Positions 59,301 through 64,000 of a stretch of DNA of 64,000 nucleotides are shown here, in pieces. This stretch comes from Deltaproteobacteria bacterium CG_4_9_14_3_um_filter_63_12 (GTDB taxonomy: Bacteria > Myxococcota_A > Bradymonadia > UBA4248 > UM-FILTER-63-12), in the NCBI GenBank assembly GCA_002789955.1, contig PFUG01000212.1, positions 357 through 64,356 of the forward strand, in the 5' to 3' direction. The notes below the pieces were generated by a model, which was not told the origin of the DNA, ran no database searches, and saw nothing but the letters and a program-made list of their open reading frames with translations. A program made the position numbers and the translations under genes. Position 1 is the stretch's first letter. Every line of letters starts with the position of its first letter.

Positions 59301-61622
59301 GAGAAGGCCGATCTTCTCTGCCTGATCGGACAGATCTACGACCTGCGAATGAACGACGCGATCAACGCCGTCGACTACTACGAGAAGACCCTGCAGCTCA
59401 GCCCCTCGAACATCTACGCCGCACGCCCGTTGGCGGAAAAGTTCATCCGGGAGCAGCGCTGGGCACGCGCCGAGACGTTGCTCGAGACCCTGATCCACAA
59501 GATCGGCTACAGTCGCGACGTCGAGGATCTCTACATGCTCCACTACTGGCTCGGCTTGGCCAGCCAGGAGTTGGGACAGCAAGAGAAGTCGCTCACCCAC
59601 TTCCGTGAGTCCTACGAGCTCAACCAGGCCTATCTCCCCACCCTGCTCGGGTTGGGGCGGCAGCTCTACAACTGCCATGACTATGAGCGTGCGTACAAGA
59701 TGTTCCAGACCATCCTGGTTCAGTACGCCGAGGAACTCTCTGGCGAGCAGCTGATCCAGGTCTACTTCGACTCCGCGCAGATCAAGCACGCGACCGGAGA
59801 CATGGTTCAGTCTCAGCACCTCTTCGAGAAGGTCTTGGAGATCGATCCAACCCACGAGAAGACTCTGGGCGCCATGATCGAGCTCTGCGAAGACGCAGAG
59901 AACTGGGAGTACGTCGTCTACTACAAACGAGCGAGGCTCTCGGTCGCCGGTGACGTCGCCGAGAAGTTCGCCGAGCTCGCCGAGATGGCGGAGATCTACC
60001 AACGTCAAATGGGAGACCTCGAGAAGGCCATCTCGTGCTTCCGTGAGGCGATGGAGATCGAGCCCGACTCCAAGTTCGTGATGCTGAAGCTCCTCGACAT
60101 CTACACGAACTCGAAACAGTGGACAGAGGCCATCACCCTCCTCGACCGGCTCTGCGAGCTCGAGTCCGGGCCAGAGCGCTTGGCCAAGTTCAACTACACC
60201 ATCGGCGTCATCTACCGAGACGAGTTGAACCAGGACCTGCAAGCCGTCACCTACTTCAACCGTACGTTGGACGCGAACATCAACGAGCTCAAGGCCTTCG
60301 AGGCCATCGACCGCATCCTCACTGCCATGAAGGATTGGCGAGAGCTCGAGCGCAACTACCGCAAGATGATCAAGCGTGTCTACGACCTCGACGAAGGCCA
60401 GTTCGACGACACCAAGTTCCTGCTCTGGTACGGCTTGGCCGAGATCTATCGCACCCGGCTCACCGAGTGGGACAGCGCCATCAGCGCCTTCCAACAGGCC
60501 AGCTCACTGCGGCCCAAGGATCCCAGAATGCACCGCATCCTGGCCGATCTCTTCGTGCGCAGTGGAGACCAAGACGATGCCGCCATCGGGGAGTTCAAAA
60601 CCCTGATCAACATGCCACCGGATCCCAGTGACCCCTACGCACGTGGCGGCAATCTGCACGAGCGAAACGCAGAGTTCTACCACTCGCTTTTCAAGCTCTA
60701 CCTCAAGACCAAGCGCTACGATGAGGCTTGGTGCATCTGCAACGTGATGTGCTACCTGCGCATCGCCACCGACGAGGAGAAGCAGTTCAACGAGCGCTAC
60801 CTCGGGCCATCCCTGGTCCAGGCTCAAGGTCGCCTGACGCCCGATACGTGGAAGATGGTCTACCATCCCGACGAGAATCTGCGCATTGGCAACGTTCTCA
60901 ACGTGATCCAGGCCTACTGCCGCGATCTCTTCGCCTACGACCTGAAGAAGACGTGGTCCCTCAAGAAGAAGGACGAGCTCGATCAGAACGCGGACTTCCT
61001 CTTCTGCAAGATGTACCGCTACCTCGCCCAGGTCATCGGCGTCGTTCCGGCCCCGAAGCTCTTCCTGAAACGCGACCAGGCCCTCGGCATGATCAACGGC
61101 AACATCGATCCACCTGGCTTCATCGTCGGGGCGGACATGATGCAGGGACGTGGGCAGCGCGAGCTGGGCTTCATCATCGCTCGCCAGTTGGCTCTGGCCA
61201 CACCCATCCACTACTTGGGCGGACTGCGCCTGCCAACCGAGAACCTCAGGTTCCTGGTTATGGGCGCGATCCAGGCCGCCACCAACGCGGCGACCGCGGA
61301 TAGCAATCTCGATGCGGTCATCAAAGCGATTCACAAGATGCCACCCCCTGTGAAGGTGGACTTGGGCAAGATCCTCAAGCCCATCATCGAAGGGACGGTC
61401 GAAGTGAATATGTCGCGCTGGCTCAAGGCCATCGACAACACCTCGAACCGCGTTGGGCTCCTGCTCTGCGGCGATGTCGAGGTCGCCATGAGTGCCATCA
61501 AGAACGACCCAACTCCGATCTCGAAGCTCACCATCCCCGAGAAGGAGGCTGAGCTGCTCCAATTCGCGATCAGTGAAGAGTTCTTCCAAGTGCGAGCACG
61601 GCTCGGACTCTCCATCGCCTGA
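50319..61622 (+). CDS. gltI: Giant cytoplasmic TPR protein, GltI/AgmK homologue (3767 aa)
   Basis: Dozens of TPR-like units (A...LE.LY....W..L). C-terminal domain REL.FIIARQLA...HY, W.KAID.T.NRVGLLLCGD.E.A, LL.FAISEEFF.VRARLG. Located downstream of gltG. Confidence 0.8.
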   Translation: MSDHHETDSTPTPDAENPEESALVGAVLDAEDAAEALDEHAGDELEGSGEAAASEEASPADGEAPDADGDIDVDEQEPSEDAADEAEPSDEVVEVSWEDKAEALIAGAAAASSPEESLSKYVAAILLADQNAPGDGRIAETWGDALQRIPGLARELWARLSGRVTSEVDVWEQISIAHQVNSTDADGDEALAISEAWGWVQVLRSGEVEAGKARLQAFAEGDANGYSAAILEAVISAESGNWRKVESEIKDRLAATGLDGEPLAAEVALRLADVSMGQAARDRAVEVLRRAQRSDPEHSSLRNRLTVLYRDTAKWNAYVDLLKEAVARTPDPEEQVSIYFEMIRIYTDQMHLEAMAVKAYESLLLIEPTNERAIGALAAAYESSRRWPDLVSLLRGQADAAKSAARRVALNYRIAVVYLDNLSRQVDAIKAFEMVLEDSPYHEETIAHLKDLYGRRREWEKLIDVHKAEISRLADPFEQAERLKEVAEIADKLRQPSITALIWSEVLERSPKDEAALSALEGLYEREKDWPKLADICERKATLEEDPAEQLKLWTKLGGLYGSSIRDSEGAIRAWRAVLMLEPGHTKASDSLRKLLIDTKKWDDLETFYAEQDAGAELVRVLETLANTSKEDADVVELRFRAARVWRDDLGNPDRAVASLEKVFETDAANARAAAELAPHYESIADHAKLVAMLEIQHAAEDGLERRVELALKIATLNEKSLNDLAASYRWLASVIEQKPDHDAAYDAFERVGIQLDKAADVVKRYRDASSKVETEVERQELTFRMGIILANQLGKVDAALAMFESILEQEPDNLKALGALERILEQTGRFDELIQVNERRLGLATTPAEEAEILLSGARIHEQQRGDKVTAIESYERVRELAPKNQAALIELHRLYKERGDWEAMANAIRARLALMAEAAPRPTKRVEHRSPVQLDEDGHLDAPAGADLDEDADGNVFVVRVEEVIDETAEPQLEASVAIPLWMELGSVVQHELAEYDEAIGCYRRIMETDIENEAAQEALETLLGEGIEAGRVATILEPVYAFQADFDALVKVLSIQLEHNTVKDQQIVLWTRVAGLQRDELGDQESAFEAYGKALELLPADDEVFGQLSSVAAGLDDIPRLAAKLESITESIEDERLRTSYELRLAGIYETSLDDIERSRDFARSALQRGGKDPAVLESLEALHTRTESWDDLLAVLSKQKGRVAEEPERVLALNLRIASVKEELLQDPEGAIEVYLEVLNADGANEQALAALDRLYADLERWDEAASNLGRRLELQETEAGRDAVHCQLAKVLDRHLGESERAIEIYTEVLGRDSQNATAILDLEAMLETADPIPAESIMELLLPLYDAAGDWRKRAWVNEKMLRVVDDTQRRVALLAEIANLHESQGQEYEEAFIAYSRAHTEDPTDENTLEQLRRYAEALDVWRELVEVMQTAAETIADGTQAKEAQIRIASIYRDNLADLEGATTAYERASEYDPEDTSILDSLETIYRERSAWEPLTAVLAKKAVRCEDLTEKKEYLFQAAILCEEMLERMDRATEMYQEVLSLDSEDRTAIDSLERLYLSTERWNDLMSIYNIKIEAAQTPEQQLELYYIVGALQERELDDNYGAIETYRKVLDINSDDPHGLEALDRLYTLVEDWMNLLEILEREEATASDPDAKLELRFRQGDVWRLNLNESLRAIEVYRSVLEVHSAHEASIAALEAVIASGENGVDAAKVLEPVYKSAAEWEKLVAVYEVMFEQSEDEQGRIELLSTIAMIREDMQGDAAAAFDVWIRALHQDPRDATAWETLQRIAAVMDLWDTLVSKGGEILAKTEESDAASIVASHLARIYEENIGSPTDAISMWGRVLEVEPAEPTAIAALDGLYERQAMWPQLAETLSREIELATREEDILRFRLRLGTLYENFLEDLSEAISCYNEMLMLQAGNADAVASLERMFAAGQEQLAVGGILEPFYRDTEQWDNLVGIALALLEHFETATERYQKLLDIAEIYLGPLSNAANALFVYGRALVERPGDEFALTRLSELAEITQSWEEAVDFLAAALDASEEPTVQRELLWRMATAYNDEIGNFEQAEHAYLRVFEVDPEALDAMQALDKLYLEQSRWDDLVNVLRHEIALSQGDHEKIELYLRLGQIYEDMIQNSAAAVQSFRLALELEPSQSEALAALERIHMQSEEWELLYAVYSQQSTIADSEEVRSEIWAKMANLAAEVLDRRNDAIELWFQVLDARGADLNALQNLERLFEYDKRWPDMTDVIERQVPLVQTAEAQLELFRKLGRIWSGPLENEERALEYWRRAMDVHQEDLETLCAIKQIDENLGDYEDLVDIIRRIVALGVLEHEVQLAHYVQLGEILSQVLIRSQEAIDTWIQVLQLNPAHLQALVALEQLYVDEARWEEAVDVLDRKADVVEDSNEALNIRMQIAEIWENQVGNAELAAAAYDNVLDMDPANNDAFLRLETLHTNGENWQQLLGLYVTRAEVIEEPKTRLEVLRRAASIAEERLDQPEMAFVVLQTALADHWRDSTIANELERLADVTRNWRELVGIYEQIIETVKDPSEALELHNNVARWYFHKLNDNEKSWQHFQFVLSLDPNNLNALAALSKIYERLGSWQELVNVLVRRAELTQEVEDKIELYTQIAVVWEDNLSNEAQAIEAFRQVLALDEGNLNALRQLERIFQGTQQWEELVDVLETLCQVVYEPADVVKMRYRVGEIWETCLEVDQKAIDSYRQVLTIEETHAPALDALERLFTRLQQWADLIGVYEAQLTSAESGDEQIALYLKMATVYEEEFGDVENSIACMQRITMVDPANLMAIQTLERLYRDNGRWPDLIDALTTHISIVYDRKEQIELYRQLGEVFRDHLQDVYRAIESFRNILEIDPNHSLALGALADLYYNSADWQTCIETLNRLVAVTFEVADGVELQYRIGKIFEEHLAEYDQAEERFQIALDLDGSFMPAIDALQQLYERREDFIGVIRILKQKVEHTVDLEEKADLLCLIGQIYDLRMNDAINAVDYYEKTLQLSPSNIYAARPLAEKFIREQRWARAETLLETLIHKIGYSRDVEDLYMLHYWLGLASQELGQQEKSLTHFRESYELNQAYLPTLLGLGRQLYNCHDYERAYKMFQTILVQYAEELSGEQLIQVYFDSAQIKHATGDMVQSQHLFEKVLEIDPTHEKTLGAMIELCEDAENWEYVVYYKRARLSVAGDVAEKFAELAEMAEIYQRQMGDLEKAISCFREAMEIEPDSKFVMLKLLDIYTNSKQWTEAITLLDRLCELESGPERLAKFNYTIGVIYRDELNQDLQAVTYFNRTLDANINELKAFEAIDRILTAMKDWRELERNYRKMIKRVYDLDEGQFDDTKFLLWYGLAEIYRTRLTEWDSAISAFQQASSLRPKDPRMHRILADLFVRSGDQDDAAIGEFKTLINMPPDPSDPYARGGNLHERNAEFYHSLFKLYLKTKRYDEAWCICNVMCYLRIATDEEKQFNERYLGPSLVQAQGRLTPDTWKMVYHPDENLRIGNVLNVIQAYCRDLFAYDLKKTWSLKKKDELDQNADFLFCKMYRYLAQVIGVVPAPKLFLKRDQALGMINGNIDPPGFIVGADMMQGRGQRELGFIIARQLALATPIHYLGGLRLPTENLRFLVMGAIQAATNAATADSNLDAVIKAIHKMPPPVKVDLGKILKPIIEGTVEVNMSRWLKAIDNTSNRVGLLLCGDVEVAMSAIKNDPTPISKLTIPEKEAELLQFAISEEFFQVRARLGLSIA

Positions 61623-61657
61623 TCCGAAAGCGACGGCCAAATTCAAACCACCACGCC

Positions 61658-61686
61658 GAAGCGAGAGGGACTCCCCCTCTCGCTTC
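61658..61686 (+). terminator. Hairpin after gltI
   Basis: 12-bp stem gaagcgagaggg / ccctctcgcttc with no strong U-tract. Confidence 0.45.
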
Positions 61687-61848
61687 CGCTTGGCGAGTGT
61701 TCAGTCGGTGCTCAGGCGAGCACCGCAGTAAAAGAAATCACCGAAGAACGCGTTCCCACAAAGCGGCCCTTCACACCTGGGTCTGCGGGCGAGTTGTCGG
61801 TGCTGCACGAGCCGCAAACGTCACGGCTCATTTGGAATCTAGACCCCC

Positions 61849-61920
61849 GCTTGCCCACGACCGATTTTCGCTTCATTTCGATATGTTACGGTGCGAAATT
61901 CGGTCGTCCGCTCGGCAATT
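61849..61920 (+). repeat. Dispersed repeat family A, copy 4
   Basis: gcttgcccacgaccgattttcg-cttcatttcgatatgttacggtg-cgaaattcggtcgtccgctcggcaatt, just upstream of rsmI. Confidence 0.85.
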
Positions 61921-61942
61921 CTTCTGACTGAGAGGTGAGGAC

Positions 61943-62845
61943 ATGGCAGGAACCCTCTTCGTCGTCGCGACACCCCTCGGAAACCTTGAGGACATCACCC
62001 TGCGCGCACGCAGGATCCTCCAGGACGTGCTTTGGATCGCCTGCGAAGACACCCGACATTCTGGGCGCTTCCTGCGAGGACTCGGCGCCAACGCCAGCCT
62101 CCTCAGCTACCACGCCCACAACGAAGCCAGCCGCGAGGCGAAGATCCTCGGGATCCTGCAAAACGGCGAAGACGTCGCGCTGATCGCGGACGCTGGCACT
62201 CCCTGCATCTCAGATCCCGGCGAGCGCCTCGTGCGCGCCTGCCGCGCCGCCGGTCTCACCGTCGTCCCAATCCCTGGGCCGAGCGCCGTCATCACCGCCC
62301 TCTCAGGCAGCGGGTTGCCCTCTGGCCGCTTTCATTTCGAAGGCTTTTTGCCTCGAGAAGACAAGCATCGGCGCGCGCGGCTCGAAGCACTCAACTCGAG
62401 CGAGACGACTTTTGTCCTTTATGAGTCGCCCAAGAGAATCCACAAGCTGCTCGAAGAGCTCGTCGAAATCTGCGGCGAATCGCGCCAGGTTTGCGTCGCT
62501 CGTGAGCTGACCAAGATGCACGAAGAGTTCTTGAACGCCACCGCTCGCGAGCTGCTAGACCAAATCAGCGAGCGCAACGCGCTCAAGGGCGAGTTCACCG
62601 TGATCGTCGAGGCCTCCGAACCGAAGCAGGAAGACGCCGACGACGTGCGCGTCGCCGCCCTCGTGCAGACCTTGCGCAACGAGGGGCTGAGCGATCGCAG
62701 CATTCGCGGGGTCATCATGGAGACCTTCGAATTGAGCCGAAACGCCGCCTACGCCTACGTGCTCGACCTCGCGGACGGCCCCGCGGACGGCCCCGCGGAC
62801 GGCCCCACGGACGGGCTCGCGGACGGCCCCGCGGACGAAAGCTGA
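61943..62845 (+). CDS. rsmI: 16S rRNA (cytidine1402-2'-O)-methyltransferase
   Basis: GTLFVVATPLGNLEDITLRA, ACEDTR, DAGTPCISDPG, PIPGPSA, FEGFLP, YESPKR, ARELTKMHEE, KGEF. Confidence 0.97.
   Translation: MAGTLFVVATPLGNLEDITLRARRILQDVLWIACEDTRHSGRFLRGLGANASLLSYHAHNEASREAKILGILQNGEDVALIADAGTPCISDPGERLVRACRAAGLTVVPIPGPSAVITALSGSGLPSGRFHFEGFLPREDKHRRARLEALNSSETTFVLYESPKRIHKLLEELVEICGESRQVCVARELTKMHEEFLNATARELLDQISERNALKGEFTVIVEASEPKQEDADDVRVAALVQTLRNEGLSDRSIRGVIMETFELSRNAAYAYVLDLADGPADGPADGPTDGLADGPADES
62771..62837 (+). repeat. 12-bp tandem repeat (ADGP, ~5.5 copies) in the rsmI C-terminus
   Basis: Unit gcggacggcccc repeated, with one variant copy. Confidence 0.9.
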
Positions 62846-62854
62846 CTCATGGCG

Positions 62855-64000
62855 TCAGGGGAGCATGCCGAAGAACTTCAGACCTTGGACCATCACCTCG
62901 TTGCGGCGCGCACCTGAGTCAATGCTCTCGAAAGGGAAGCCCCAGACCAGCAGCTTGTAGTCCCCGTCGTACTCGATCCCTGCAGAGCCACTCGTGCCGC
63001 CCTCGTAGGCGAGGTTTGAGCGCGCTCCGTTCACGGGCGAAAGCACGTCGGGCGTAGTGATGTCCATGAAACCCGGCGTGTTGAACCCGATCAAGTTGGA
63101 CCCCCCAAAGGCCCCACCGTTGGCGCGGGCGACCAAGGTGCAGGCGTCGTCCGAGGCGAAGCGCACTTTCAGCACCTCCTCCAAGAAACGCTTCCCGTCG
63201 TCGCCTTCGGTGAGCAAGTCGAAACCGAGCTCGGAGCCCGTGATCCAGAGCGCTCCACCTTGCTTGAGATAGCCTTCGAGTGTGTCCCGCTCCAACGCCG
63301 TCAACGCCTTGGACTCCCCAGCCTCCTCGCCTAGAGCCCAGATGACCAAGGGGTAGCCCGAGAGGGGGAGGGACGCGGCGGTCTCCTCGTTGGCGCAGGT
63401 GTCGAACGCCACCCCATCGATGGCTTGTCCATATTCGGCCATAAAGGCATGCGCTGCACCCATGGCGTTCTCTTTCGCCGGTTCGTCCTGCCAGCGGTCG
63501 TCTCCATCGACTAACAAGAGCCTCGCCGCACCCTCGCCGACTGCGGCACCGTAGACATCGGAGGGCGTGCTCTCTCCGCTCTTCGAGACGGCGCTGACCC
63601 GGATATAGACTTTCTTTCCGGCCGGCACGTCTCGCAACTTCAGGCGCTCTGCGGTGCAGCCGCGAGCAACCTGTGGGCTCCAGGTGGCGCCGTCGTCGCT
63701 GAGCCAGACGCGGTAGCCGTCGGCCCCCTCGACCGCCGACCAGCTCACCTCGAGACCCCCCGCGACGTTGCGAACCATACGCAGCACCGGAGCCTCTGGT
63801 GGCGAGCCTTGTTGCAGGAGGTCGCCAGCAAAGGCTTGCACCATGTCGTCGAGGGCGGTGCGGCCGAGCTTGCGGCTCTTGACCTGATCGAGCAGGAGCG
63901 AAAAAGCGATGCGATGGTTGCCGTGTTTCGATAGAAGGACACCACTGGTGGCCAAGGTCCCATCTAGAGTTCCCGATTTGGCGAAGACCCGGCCACGGGT
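62855..64000 (-). CDS. C-terminal part of a D-Ala-D-Ala carboxypeptidase/endopeptidase (PBP4/DacB, S13) fused to FN3 and an alpha/beta domain (partial)
   Basis: Frame is open to the window edge: TRGRVFAKSGTLDGTLATSGVLL...IAFSLLL (K[T/S]G triad context of S13). FN3 (LEVSWSAVEGADGYRVWLS, YIRVSAVSKSGESTPSDVY). Then LLLVDGDDR...VIWALGEE...YLKQGGALWITGSELGFDL. Confidence 0.7.
   Translation of the reverse strand, partial: TRGRVFAKSGTLDGTLATSGVLLSKHGNHRIAFSLLLDQVKSRKLGRTALDDMVQAFAGDLLQQGSPPEAPVLRMVRNVAGGLEVSWSAVEGADGYRVWLSDDGATWSPQVARGCTAERLKLRDVPAGKKVYIRVSAVSKSGESTPSDVYGAAVGEGAARLLLVDGDDRWQDEPAKENAMGAAHAFMAEYGQAIDGVAFDTCANEETAASLPLSGYPLVIWALGEEAGESKALTALERDTLEGYLKQGGALWITGSELGFDLLTEGDDGKRFLEEVLKVRFASDDACTLVARANGGAFGGSNLIGFNTPGFMDITTPDVLSPVNGARSNLAYEGGTSGSAGIEYDGDYKLLVWGFPFESIDSGARRNEVMVQGLKFFGMLP

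Noticed and set aside
2581..61646. Many long antisense or alternate-frame ORFs (e.g. 2581..4176, 14397..16292, 42599..44506, 54273..56216)
   Set aside because: They are shadow ORFs of high-GC coding regions, with no motifs and overlapping well-supported genes.
1..64000. Apparent abundance of CTCGAG/TCGA
   Set aside because: Largely explained by Leu-Glu, Val-Glu and Ile-Glu codon pairs in a GC3-rich genome; not quantified.

Overview
High-GC window with the gene content of a myxobacterium-like deltaproteobacterium (Myxococcota or Bradymonadia-like; an inference). It carries four eukaryotic-type Ser/Thr kinases, many lipoproteins and a Glt/Nfs-type envelope machine. Left part (1-21 kb), accessory: a FadR/GntR regulator with a double operator, a GMC oxidoreductase operon start, an HCCA isomerase, a B12-radical SAM enzyme, a LamG-FN3-GH140-like lipoprotein whose catalytic motifs look eroded, GNAT and MORN-repeat genes bracketed by a dispersed ~72-bp repeat, a tandem pair of unknown paralogues, a metallophosphoesterase, three kinases and a large PHP-hydrolase lipoprotein. 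Middle (21-36 kb): orphan gcvPB, mpl, a CPBP protease, a kinase, glgC plus GH57, a CBM9-like lipoprotein and a solitary prkA. Right part (36-62 kb): a DUF4398/OmpA pair, a small beta-barrel, then gltC-gltD-gltE-gltF-gltG, a TPR lipoprotein and the 3767-aa gltI/agmK-like TPR gene; no aglRQS motor, gltA/B or gltJ was seen in the window. It ends with rsmI and a partial DacB(PBP4)-FN3 fusion. I found no rRNA, tRNA, CRISPR array or transposase. All calls are by eye from motifs; no database search was run.
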